From positions 48,268 through 68,267 of IMG/VR virus record IMGVR_UViG_3300008107_000123: a stretch of DNA of 20,000 nt, one strand, 5' to 3'. A program made the position numbers and the translations under genes. A model generated the notes under the pieces. That model worked only from the letters and a program-made list of their open reading frames with translations, did no database searches and was not told where the DNA came from. Shown here piece after piece: positions 9,901 to 17,179 of this stretch. This DNA is from an uncultured virus (IMG/VR IMGVR_UViG_3300008107_000123). Lineage: Duplodnaviria > Heunggongvirae > Uroviricota > Caudoviricetes. The number at the start of each line of letters is the position of its first letter. Positions within the stretch are counted from its first letter, which is position 1.

Positions 9901-10945
9901 AAGCGAGGCCCGTCTCGCCGCCGCGTGGCTGGACGTTGCGAAGAGCGCAGCGAAGGGTGACACGGGCGCCAACCAGATCATCGACGAGGCGATACTCGTC
10001 ACCGAGCGGTTCATGGGCAACTACTCCCGGTACAACGGGTTTGAGAAAGCCGTCATGCGGCGCGTGTTCCCGTTCTACGGATGGATGCGCTCAATCCACC
10101 GCTTGGCTTTTGCCCTCCCCTTCAAGCACCCTAAGCGTGCCGCACTCCTCGGGATCGGTTCGATGATGGCTTACGACCTCTATGGACTTGAGGCGAGTGA
10201 GTCCGCATACAGCCGTCCCGGTGCGATCATGTGGGGCGGGAACCTGCTGACCAATGTAGGCCCGGCCAACATCTTCGAGTCGGCTCGAGACAGCTCAGAT
10301 TTCGTTGTCCGCTTCGGCGAGAGGGTCCAGACGGCAGGCAACGACCCGCTTGCATTCGTCGGTCGCACGGCAACGGACCTCATTCGCTTCGGCGCGCAGC
10401 AGGCGGGTCCGGTGTTCGGTGAGCTTTACACCGCTGTCAGCGGAGAGACGCCCGCCGGCGTGCCGCTCAGGTTCAGCCCGGGCTCACAGGCGCGCTTTGA
10501 CACGGGGACCGGGAACGTCATTTCATCCAGTCCGACAACGGGTGGTAACCGTTTCGACCGTCAGGAGACTGACCTCGCTGACCGCGTGATCCGCGCCTTC
10601 ACACCGCAGGCGCCAACCCTGCGTCGATTCCTCGCAGGCGGAGAGCCCTACGAGGATGCGTCGATGCAGCAGTTGTTCTCCTACTGGTACGGAGGCCGGA
10701 AGCCGGAAGAGACTGCTCGCCTGGTAGCGCCCGACCCACGCATCCCATCGTCTGTGCCGCGCGACGCCATGGCCTTCATCACAGGGCTCGCTGGTTTCCC
10801 GACGACGCGCGTCGACCGAACGCGCACCCCCGGCGCTCAGGCGTACCGATCGCAGGTCCGGACGGTCCGCGCACGAACGCGGAATAGGAACGCGCTCAAG
10901 CGCGGAGAGAATCAGGCGCGTGCCGCCAAGAGGAAGGAAGGGTAG
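6959..10945 (+). CDS. Large internal virion / DNA ejection protein (1328 aa)
   Basis: Longest ORF in the window. The C-terminal half has WKGNVLALNPRWYIIN and YSRYNGFEKAVMRRVFPFYGWMR segments, which resemble giant podovirus-type virion proteins. No tape-measure periodicity is evident. Confidence 0.65.
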   Translation: MASNPLVGVLQRSGISRPAPKAPQKRSPQKRTDGGRILLVDKKGRSVRVAGPPAPVKLPGGGYARIGTQVIRVDQLPKRRTPAPKKTVAPRVERGSVIPFVSVGGRRIPLWQPIDDSGRELPRNITESERRAVQYARIRAGNQRAALRDQGNVVTNYIGETASNLAGQTAKFIAGAPVAIAAPIIGTARDLFTATNPVSLTYANKQEGRQATKRLVTRPADFAENVGRQTVDLATNFVKDPLGTFRERPLEVILTFMGGKSVVGSATGATSRTVGRTGRLARDIKQGGGVRGARQIRRSRPTKLPPGAEKRFRSALESIDDDLQAFGSVFGKRAYRASQRAADFGSKSTLPGAPRSRGTRTVTPEAIEVDGRIVRPAKDIEVPLRPRSADPITRATQRRVYEPIRRTLGLQPSYQSLSRKDALGAGYQVLEDRSKIVGAVAAPYISSLRAIKGTGKKDGLPASEVELVSELRDLVLSGKAQPIRGSRRFGLDREIENVKRTLATDGLSPKERTRYEGRLERLEAIPEEWLDPETRPARVQRVIDTARPLYEGSTAMKLRSRVISPSAAQFAGERPLIQALGGTSVMRAKAQAAGDKPAIKAINEEALQRSTRYQAAAARLEDIDAEIAARKAAGVKVGKDLQRQRKAAKGEERRAKDFAKSKMYVGYDEDEVARLEPGTYVPQRPMFEERQGFMRTVFGRRPVSQSIAARVSSARMAPQRDRFNAGTLYERGDVGATPNLPITAFTEATDSVVRSEQAAGIIDRNALKDAETGQLITGRSAEKLVERNPKDFQLVTQAQLAKISTASIDTPAGARLAKAIDESNIPGAGQKYVIPKSVYEGWVTALGPSPTRTGRAVDYLVSLWKGNVLALNPRWYIINMVGMWGQFALGAGADLQAISMARNPALLTALPGRIAWRGLPEEMGEYARRSSGLPSRNVYQRIIYKGFEINEMFESVPRKAMFWHAAKQGLRDANIIGPGPVSEARLAAAWLDVAKSAAKGDTGANQIIDEAILVTERFMGNYSRYNGFEKAVMRRVFPFYGWMRSIHRLAFALPFKHPKRAALLGIGSMMAYDLYGLEASESAYSRPGAIMWGGNLLTNVGPANIFESARDSSDFVVRFGERVQTAGNDPLAFVGRTATDLIRFGAQQAGPVFGELYTAVSGETPAGVPLRFSPGSQARFDTGTGNVISSSPTTGGNRFDRQETDLADRVIRAFTPQAPTLRRFLAGGEPYEDASMQQLFSYWYGGRKPEETARLVAPDPRIPSSVPRDAMAFITGLAGFPTTRVDRTRTPGAQAYRSQVRTVRARTRNRNALKRGENQARAAKRKEG

Positions 10946-12052
10946 ATGTCAGTACCCACACGCGAAGGATTCCGGCGCGCACTGGCCGGCACACCGATGG
11001 CACGCGAGGCGGACCGCATCTATGACGTCGCGTCACGCGGAGGGATCAACCCGGCGCTGGTCGTCGGCATCGCTGGTGCCGAGAGCAACTTCGGTCGTCT
11101 CGGCTACGCCGTTGGCAAGAACAACCCCTACGGCCTCATGGGGTTCCGCTTCGGCAACTACACCCAGGCAACGCAGAAGCTCGTTGAGACGCTGAATAAC
11201 AAGGGCCTCGGGTACCGGCAGGCGTATGGCAAGTCGGGGCTCGTAGGGATGATCAACATCTACACCCCTCGAGGCGCGGCCAACGGACCGAACAACGACC
11301 CTGACGGCCACACGCGGAACATCATCAACATCGGCCGCAAGAGCGGTGGTGACGCGTCGAAGGCATACATCAGCCCGGGCGCCGTACCGGCCGCTGCGCC
11401 TGGTGCGACACCCAGCGGCACCATCGCCGGCGGGCTCAACACAACCAACCTGATGAACCTGATGCGCCAGCAGACCGAGCGCATCAAGAGCGGCCAAGGG
11501 TACGACCGCGAGCTGGGGCTCAAGATCCGCCAGTCCGTGATCGACGGCATCGGCACTAGGAACATCGGCGGGGGGAACGTGCCTGCCGCTGGACCGAACC
11601 CGCAGCCGCAGGGCGGCGACATTGACGTTGGCTCGCTCGGCATCCCCTACGGAGGTGTCGACTCGCGCGGCATCACTAGGGGTGGCGCGGGTGGCAATTG
11701 GGGCGGCTCCATGCCGAGGGCTCTCCAGTTCCTGCAGTGGGCGCAGCAGACCGGCTACAAGCCGAACACCGCAGGCCGCTGGCTCTCGCAGAAGCGTTCC
11801 CGCCAGAACACAGCATCAGGCGGAGTGTCCGACCATTGGCAGGGAAGCAGCACTGCGTATGGCCTTGATCTCGGAGTCCCGAACGTGGCCGAGGGCGACA
11901 AGCTCCTCGGCAACTTGATGCGCTACTTCGGGCAGCCGTCCTACAGGGGCGGCTCCTGGCTCAATATCAACAAGGGCGGCTACCGCTACCAGATCGGATG
12001 GCGCACGCCGGGCCACTTCGACCACATCCATGTGGGCGTCAGGAAGCTGTAG
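10946..12052 (+). CDS. Two-domain peptidoglycan hydrolase: lysozyme-fold (glucosaminidase/SLT-like) N-terminus plus M15/LAS-type Zn peptidase-like C-terminus (368 aa)
   Basis: GINPALVVGIAGAESNFG...KNNPYGL (catalytic ES motif); C-terminal SDH...AYGLD...HFDHIHVG Zn-ligand pattern. Confidence 0.75.
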   Translation: MSVPTREGFRRALAGTPMAREADRIYDVASRGGINPALVVGIAGAESNFGRLGYAVGKNNPYGLMGFRFGNYTQATQKLVETLNNKGLGYRQAYGKSGLVGMINIYTPRGAANGPNNDPDGHTRNIINIGRKSGGDASKAYISPGAVPAAAPGATPSGTIAGGLNTTNLMNLMRQQTERIKSGQGYDRELGLKIRQSVIDGIGTRNIGGGNVPAAGPNPQPQGGDIDVGSLGIPYGGVDSRGITRGGAGGNWGGSMPRALQFLQWAQQTGYKPNTAGRWLSQKRSRQNTASGGVSDHWQGSSTAYGLDLGVPNVAEGDKLLGNLMRYFGQPSYRGGSWLNINKGGYRYQIGWRTPGHFDHIHVGVRKL

Positions 12053-12078
12053 TTAGGAATGCGTAACGTCATGCACAA

Positions 12079-12369
12079 GTGCAAGGATATGAAGCAGTGA
12101 ACCCCGATCCCTCGCCCGTCAACCACGGCCAGATCCAGTGGCGCGTCGATCAGTTGGAGAACCGCATGGACCGGCTCGAGCAGTCGGACGCGGCGCGCAC
12201 CGAGATCCTCGCACGCATGGATGAGAGGCAGAACGTCCTGGCAGAGGACGTCAAGCTGCTCGGCCGAGACATGGCTGGGATCAAGCGTTCCCTCTACACA
12301 CTCCTGTTCGCGCTGGCGCTCGCTGTCGTCAGCACCGCCATCGACATCGCAGTGAGGCTGACGACATGA
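12079..12369 (+). CDS. Coiled-coil protein with a C-terminal TM helix (holin-like / lysis accessory)
   Basis: Heptad pattern (VDQLENRMDRLE) followed by a hydrophobic stretch (LYTLLFALALAVV); ATGA-coupled to the endolysin. The start may instead be GTG 12097. Confidence 0.6.
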   Translation: MQGYEAVNPDPSPVNHGQIQWRVDQLENRMDRLEQSDAARTEILARMDERQNVLAEDVKLLGRDMAGIKRSLYTLLFALALAVVSTAIDIAVRLTT

Positions 12370-13055
12370 AGCTTGACCCCCGCTGGATCGGACGCAAGAA
12401 GCGGCTGAAGGCGTATGCCCTCTCGAAGGGGATCGCCATCCCGAGCGGCTACCGCATCAACCCCTACTGCGGCTCGGCCTGCCGCGAGCTGATCAAGCGC
12501 GTTCAGCGCCACCTCTACGGCGAGGCCGGCGTCACCGGTAAGTGGAACGGCGGCCTTGACGCCGCCATCGCGCCGAAGCTCACCACTCCGCAGCGCGCTC
12601 TGAGGTTCGCGCAGGGCGAGATCGGCATCAAGGAGCATCCGCCCGGCAGCAACAGTGGGCCAAGGGTCCGCGAGTTCCAGGCGGCATCGTCGCTCGGGGG
12701 GACGGGATGGCCATGGTGTGGAGCCCTGATGGCATGGGCGTATGGCAAGGCCGGCAGGCCGCTCAAGGGCTTCAACAATGCCTACGTCCCTGACTACGTC
12801 GCGACCGCCCGGCGCAATGAGGATGGCCTGCGCGTCGTCTCCGCCGAGAGGGCCCGCCCCGGGGATCTCGTCTGCTTCGACTGGGGCGGAGACGGGACTT
12901 CAGACCACATCGGGATTCTGGAGACGCCGGTTCGCAGCGGCCGTTTCCAGAGCATCGAGGGCAACACCTCGTTCAGCAACAACTCAAACGGCGGAGAAGT
13001 GATGCGCCGGGACCGCAACGTGTCCCAAGTGCAGTGCTTCATCCGCGTCGTGTAG
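12366..13055 (+). CDS. Endolysin with a C-terminal CHAP domain (229 aa)
   Basis: WPWCGALMAW (catalytic Cys), PGDLVCFDW...DHIGI (His) and IEGNTS are CHAP motifs; flanked by membrane-protein genes. Confidence 0.88.
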   Translation: MKLDPRWIGRKKRLKAYALSKGIAIPSGYRINPYCGSACRELIKRVQRHLYGEAGVTGKWNGGLDAAIAPKLTTPQRALRFAQGEIGIKEHPPGSNSGPRVREFQAASSLGGTGWPWCGALMAWAYGKAGRPLKGFNNAYVPDYVATARRNEDGLRVVSAERARPGDLVCFDWGGDGTSDHIGILETPVRSGRFQSIEGNTSFSNNSNGGEVMRRDRNVSQVQCFIRVV

Positions 13056-13076
13056 CAACCACCGAAGGAGCGTTAC

Positions 13077-13340
13077 ATGAAGGTCCCTGTTGGTATCTCG
13101 ACGGTCGTCGCCGTCCTCACCATCGCTGCCGCCGCCATCGGCGCAGTCATCACCGGGCTTGACGGCGCAGGCACCGCCGTGCCGCTCACGCTTTCGATCA
13201 TTGCCGGAGTCGTCACCAGTGTTCTCTCGGTGCTGCGCTCCTGGCAGGCCAACACGCTCGCCATCTGGTCAGACGACGGGCCCGACAACGGCGCGCAGGC
13301 GGTCAGCGTTGAGGGCTTCCTCGCCGGGCTTGACGACTAG
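13077..13340 (+). CDS. Holin with two TM segments (87 aa)
   Basis: AAGGAG RBS; two hydrophobic helices and an acidic tail; directly follows the endolysin. Confidence 0.7.
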   Translation: MKVPVGISTVVAVLTIAAAAIGAVITGLDGAGTAVPLTLSIIAGVVTSVLSVLRSWQANTLAIWSDDGPDNGAQAVSVEGFLAGLDD

Positions 13341-13342
13341 CC

Positions 13343-14239
13343 ATGCGCGTCGTCCATATCTCCGAGCAGTTCGACACCGGAGATGAGTTCACGCTGATCC
13401 CCACGGGCGACTGGCACCTCGGCGCAGCAGACTGCGACGAGGCGCAGATCCGTGCGGATCTCAAGAAGCACCAGGACAACCCGAACGCCCGCCTGATCCT
13501 CATGGGCGACATCGGGGAACTCATCGGGCCCGGCGACAAGCGGTGGCACCCACAGGGCTACATGCCCCAGCGGTATGTCGACGCGATGCTTGACCCCGAC
13601 GGCGGGATCCCGACCGAGACGGTCAAGCACGCCGCGGAGATCCTCGAGCCGTGGGCCGGGCGCATCTGGGGCGTGGCATCGGGCAACCATGAGATGACCA
13701 TCTCCAAGCACTGCCAGCGCGATCTGATGACCGAGCTGGCGAAGGAACTCGGCGGAGGTCTGTTCAACCGACTGATCGGTTACTCCGGCTTCATCCATGT
13801 GACCTGGACCCACAAGGTGCAGAAGAAGGTCGTCGGGTCGATGAAGTTCCACATCCACCACGGCTGGCAGACCGCCGGCCGCGCGGGCTCGGGGAACCTC
13901 ATCAACGGCATGGAGCGCGAGCTTGGCTACACCGATGCGGATGTCCTGCTGCGCGGCCACAGCCACGCGCCGCGCATCGCCCAGGTGATCCCGTCGCTTC
14001 GGGTCAACCGTACAGGCGTCGCTGAGTGGCCCCGGCTTGTCGCATCGACCGGCACCTACAAGGTCGGGCACATCGAGCCCAAAGCTGGCGACCACGCGCC
14101 GACGACCTACGAGACGTTCAAGAACTACCGACACAAGATGCCCGGCGCGCACCTCGGCCCGCCGGTCATCACGATCAAGCCTCGCCGGGTAGGCGAGCAG
14201 AAGGAGCGCAGCCCATGGACTCTGGAAGTGACGCTGTAG
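13343..14239 (+). CDS. Calcineurin-like metallophosphoesterase (298 aa)
   Basis: All five motifs present: GDWHLG, MGD, SGNHE, HHG and GHSH. Confidence 0.88.
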   Translation: MRVVHISEQFDTGDEFTLIPTGDWHLGAADCDEAQIRADLKKHQDNPNARLILMGDIGELIGPGDKRWHPQGYMPQRYVDAMLDPDGGIPTETVKHAAEILEPWAGRIWGVASGNHEMTISKHCQRDLMTELAKELGGGLFNRLIGYSGFIHVTWTHKVQKKVVGSMKFHIHHGWQTAGRAGSGNLINGMERELGYTDADVLLRGHSHAPRIAQVIPSLRVNRTGVAEWPRLVASTGTYKVGHIEPKAGDHAPTTYETFKNYRHKMPGAHLGPPVITIKPRRVGEQKERSPWTLEVTL

Positions 14240-14508
14240 TGAGCGGGGCCGACCCGTGGCCCTTCATCCGTGAGGAGATTCCCCGGGCGTGGGTCGAGGT
14301 AAAGGCGATCTTCATGGAGCCCCAGCCGGGCTTCATGGAGTTGGCCGAGGCGCGCTTCCGCGCAGGAGAGAAGGAATACAAGGGCACCTCAGGCGAGTGG
14401 CTCAGAAAGCCGCCCGACTGGTTCGACAACGAGCGGTACCAGGAACTCTGCGATTTGGTGCTGTACACGGCCATGCGTCGGGTGCTGCACCCCGACACCG
14501 GTTTCTGA
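14239..14508 (+). CDS. Small all-alpha NTP pyrophosphohydrolase-like (MazG-like) protein (89 aa)
   Basis: GTG overlaps the upstream TAG; RFRAGEKEY...ERYQELCDLVLY resembles the R..G..KY / E..EE..D...Y pattern. Confidence 0.5.
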   Translation: MSGADPWPFIREEIPRAWVEVKAIFMEPQPGFMELAEARFRAGEKEYKGTSGEWLRKPPDWFDNERYQELCDLVLYTAMRRVLHPDTGF

Positions 14509-14516
14509 TCTAAGGC

Positions 14517-14545
14517 TTGCGTACTCGCATCGCGAGGCGTATGAC
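14517..14545 (+). promoter_or_regulatory. Putative rightward promoter TTGCGT-17-TATGAC
   Basis: Intergenic; same -35 hexamer, same 17-nt spacing and same GCGTATG as the repressor promoter. The -10 lacks the final T. Confidence 0.4.
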
Positions 14546-14579
14546 TACTTGTCCTTTCGTACTGCAAGTGGAGGGACAT

Positions 14580-14795
14580 ATGTCATTGTCCGAACTGAAC
14601 CCACCTTCGACTCCCCCCCCTCTCGATTTACAGGCGGCTGAAGTTCGTCGGGTGATCCGCGAGATGCGACGGTCCGCCCGCAGGCTCGGACCGTGCGCTA
14701 CTTCTTCTTGGCTGACCGCGGCGGCGGAGTCTGCCGCCCGGGAGCTTTGCCGATGGGAGTCTCAAGAGCTGACTTCATCGCCGCCGCCGACCTAG
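14580..14795 (+). CDS. Hypothetical protein (71 aa), convergent with and overlapping the repressor 3' end
   Basis: GGAGGG RBS at 14570-14575 before ATG 14580, with a candidate promoter upstream. Confidence 0.45.
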   Translation: MSLSELNPPSTPPPLDLQAAEVRRVIREMRRSARRLGPCATSSWLTAAAESAARELCRWESQELTSSPPPT

Positions 14796-15030
14796 TTGCC
14801 GGCGCGGGGTCATCGGTGATCCCCACCAGGTAGTCGATGGAGACGTCCAGCACCATCGCAAGGCGCGACAGCGTCTCTACCGATGGGAAGGACTGGCCCT
14901 GCTGGATCCGGCACATGGACGCTGATGTCACGTTGGCGATCTGCGCCAGCGCCTTCTGCTGCGTCGTGCCACTGAGGCCGTAGAGCCTCTCTAAGAACTT
15001 GGTCCGGTCGATCAGCGATTCGTCGCTCAT
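14698..15030 (-). CDS. XRE/HTH_3 family immunity repressor (about 110 aa)
   Basis: QKALAQIANVTSASMCRIQQGQSFPSVETLSRLAMVLDVSIDYLVG is a canonical XRE HTH; divergent from the early operon. Alternative start GTG 15039. Confidence 0.88.
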   Translation of the reverse strand: MSDESLIDRTKFLERLYGLSGTTQQKALAQIANVTSASMCRIQQGQSFPSVETLSRLAMVLDVSIDYLVGITDDPAPATRSAAAMKSALETPIGKAPGRQTPPPRSAKKK

Positions 15031-15069
15031 GGTCGTCACGCTGCTCCGTGTCATTGGTGGTGTGGTGCG

Positions 15070-15098
15070 ACCATACGCACGCGCAACGGCAAACGCAA
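15070..15098 (-). promoter_or_regulatory. Repressor promoter TTGCGT-17-TATGGT
   Basis: On the minus strand, -35 at 15098-15093 and -10 (TANNNT) at 15075-15070, exactly 17 nt apart and about 40 nt upstream of the repressor ATG. Confidence 0.6.
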
Positions 15099-15240
15099 TG
15101 CGACGAGTGACCCGATGACGAGAATCTGAGACAGCCTGTCCCCTTACTAGCCGTAAGTATAGGTTGTCGCTCGTAGCGAGGAAATCTTTCTTGCGCGCCC
15201 CCCCGTCCGTATAGGTGCCGTCCGACCCCGTCGTTAGGTT

Positions 15241-15258
15241 TACGCAAACGCATACGCA
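15241..15258. repeat. Tandem hexamers TACGCA-AACGCA-TACGCA, candidate operator
   Basis: Directly after a TAGGTT (-10-like) hexamer at 15235-15240; a related 6-nt-period array occurs at 15074-15097. Confidence 0.45.
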
Positions 15259-15283
15259 GACACATGGGAACAAGGAGGGCACT

Positions 15284-15520
15284 ATGAGACAGCCGGTGGT
15301 TGTGACACCTGAGCAGATGCCGCAGCTAGTGGAGTGGGTCAGCGACTTCGGCCTGGACATGCTCAAGACCGCGTTCCGGTATCGGGACGAGATGAGTTCG
15401 GAGGCTCGCGGGGCCTTCGACAGCAACGTCAAGAACTTCACGGCGAAGGTCGGTGAGTTCTACCCAATCGAGGATCTCATCGCGGCTGCGATGGAAGAGG
15501 GGTCCGACGATGAGTCGTAA
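15284..15520 (+). CDS. Hypothetical early protein (78 aa, acidic)
   Basis: Strong AAGGAGG RBS at 15272-15278; first gene of the rightward early operon. Confidence 0.75.
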   Translation: MRQPVVVTPEQMPQLVEWVSDFGLDMLKTAFRYRDEMSSEARGAFDSNVKNFTAKVGEFYPIEDLIAAAMEEGSDDES

Positions 15521-15623
15521 TCGCGTCGACGCCGCAGCGACGGTGTTCTTCGTCGGGGCATTCCTCGCCGTGATCACCGTCGCCCTGTACTACGCGGTCG
15601 ACTCCGCGTTTGGTGGCATCTGA
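15510..15623 (+). CDS. Small single-TM membrane protein (37 aa, MSRNRVDAAATVFFVGAFLAVITVALYYAVDSAFGGI)
   Basis: Absent from the ORF track. GAGGGG RBS; fills the gap exactly; TGATG-coupled to the next gene. Confidence 0.65.
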   Translation: MSRNRVDAAATVFFVGAFLAVITVALYYAVDSAFGGI

Positions 15624-16477
15624 TGCCGCCGCGTACCGCAGTCCAGAAGAAGGGCGGCAAGCGCCGCTACGTCCGCGTCGTGGACGGGGTCCCGACCGAA
15701 CACATCAACGTGACCGGTTGCACCCGCTACTGGGGCGAGATGAATTGGGCCGTCCCCTACGGCGCGAAGACCGTCAGCGAGAAGTTCCGCGCTGGCAAGG
15801 AGAGCGGGATCCTTGACGCGCTGTATGACGCCGACCCTGAGTCGGCCGTGCAGTGGCTCAAGAAGGCCCCGTATGAAGACCGTGACGCCGCCGGCGCCAA
15901 GGGCACGAAGGTGCATCAGGCGTTTGAGGAGTACCTCAAGGCGGGCACCGTGCCGGAGATCGACGACCTCGACGTCGCGAAGATGGTCGATGACCTGGTC
16001 GACATGTGCGGCGTCTACGGCATCGAGTGGGAGCGGTCTGAGCAGACCGTCTTCAACTCCGAGGTCGGCTACGCCGGGACCATGGACGGGATCATCACGA
16101 TCCAGTTCCCCGGCGAGACGGAGCGCCGCCGCTGTGTGGCGGACATCAAGACCAGCCGGAGCGCCAACAAGGCTGAGTACGCACTCCAGCTTGCGGCGCT
16201 GAAGTACGGCGCGACCATCGTGCATGACGACGGCTCCGAGGAGCCCATGCCCGAGACGGATGAGATCGGCGTGATCCTCTGGGTTCGCCCTGAGCAGGAT
16301 CCGCAGATTCTCCCCGCCGTGCTGGACGACACGACGTTCCAGCACTTCAAGTTCTGCGTGGCGATGGCCTACGCGGAGAAGGTTGCCGACGACCGGGTGC
16401 TGTTCCTGCCCCCGCTTGGCGACCCCACTGACGACACCAAGCTCCTCACGGAGCGGGAGGTAAGTAGCAATGAGTGA
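15623..16477 (+). CDS. PD-(D/E)XK exonuclease, Cas4/RecB-like (284 aa)
   Basis: GTKVH, EQTV...YAGTMD, ADIKTS and QLAAL motifs. Confidence 0.85.
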   Translation: MPPRTAVQKKGGKRRYVRVVDGVPTEHINVTGCTRYWGEMNWAVPYGAKTVSEKFRAGKESGILDALYDADPESAVQWLKKAPYEDRDAAGAKGTKVHQAFEEYLKAGTVPEIDDLDVAKMVDDLVDMCGVYGIEWERSEQTVFNSEVGYAGTMDGIITIQFPGETERRRCVADIKTSRSANKAEYALQLAALKYGATIVHDDGSEEPMPETDEIGVILWVRPEQDPQILPAVLDDTTFQHFKFCVAMAYAEKVADDRVLFLPPLGDPTDDTKLLTEREVSSNE

Positions 16478-16967
16478 TGTGATCATCAGCGACGACGTTC
16501 TCGCCGGCCTTCGCGCCGAGGCGAGCAGCAAGGGTGGCGGAGGAGACTGGGTCCGCCTCCAGGCCAAGGGTGAGTGGGTATCCGGCGTGGTCGTGGACCG
16601 CGGCATGGAGGAGGCCCCCTTCGGTGAGGTGGAGACACTGATCCTCAAGGGCGTCCGCACCCACGACGAGGACTACGACGCCGACCGCGAGATCGAGTTC
16701 CGCCTGGCGTCGACCGTTCTCCAGCGCGAGCTGGGCGAGCAGGCTGAGGACGGCGGCGCGAAGCCGGGGCTCCTGATCTTCGTGGAATGCACGGGCGAGC
16801 GGATGTCCAAGGCCGGCCGCGCCTACCTCGGGTTCAAGTGCGTGAAGATGGACCCGAAGTCCGCTGACAAGGCGGGCAAGGAGGCGGCGAAGGCCGCGCC
16901 CAAGCCGAAGCGCAAGCCGGAGGACGTCCTCAAGGAGGACTTCGGCGGCGAAGAGGCGCCCTTCTAG
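16470..16967 (+). CDS. Probable single-stranded DNA-binding protein (165 aa)
   Basis: GGAGG RBS; OB-fold-like beta pattern; acidic tail ending EDFGGEEAPF; follows the exonuclease. Confidence 0.65.
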   Translation: MSDVIISDDVLAGLRAEASSKGGGGDWVRLQAKGEWVSGVVVDRGMEEAPFGEVETLILKGVRTHDEDYDADREIEFRLASTVLQRELGEQAEDGGAKPGLLIFVECTGERMSKAGRAYLGFKCVKMDPKSADKAGKEAAKAAPKPKRKPEDVLKEDFGGEEAPF

Positions 16968-16971
16968 AGGA

Positions 16972-17175
16972 ATGCCTGTCGCCGGGATCGGGTGGTCCGA
17001 GGAGCGGACGGCCACGGGAGCGCGCAAGCGCCGTCGCCGTAGCCGCGGACGCCCGGTCCCCGGCGGTGGGTGCGCCTGCTGCCAGGACCGCAGACGGATC
17101 CTTGAGCGGTGGGTGCTGGAGGACCGGTACGGCCCGTATGTCTGGGTCGTGTGTCGATGGTGCGACGAGGAGTGA
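16972..17175 (+). CDS. Small Cys-rich, putative Zn-binding protein (67 aa)
   Basis: CACC...CRWC pairs and a basic N-terminus; fills the gap between the SSB-like gene and xis. Confidence 0.45.
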   Translation: MPVAGIGWSEERTATGARKRRRRSRGRPVPGGGCACCQDRRRILERWVLEDRYGPYVWVVCRWCDEE

Positions 17176-17179
17176 AGTG

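Noticed and set aside
6959..10945. Tape measure protein or virion RNA polymerase
   Set aside because: No preceding tail tube or frameshifted chaperone genes, no periodic aromatic repeats, and no polymerase catalytic motifs recognised.
15623..16477. CRISPR-Cas locus suggested by the Cas4-like nuclease
   Set aside because: No repeat-spacer array or other cas genes, and no Fe-S Cys pattern is evident. Solo PD-(D/E)XK nucleases beside SSB genes are common in phages.
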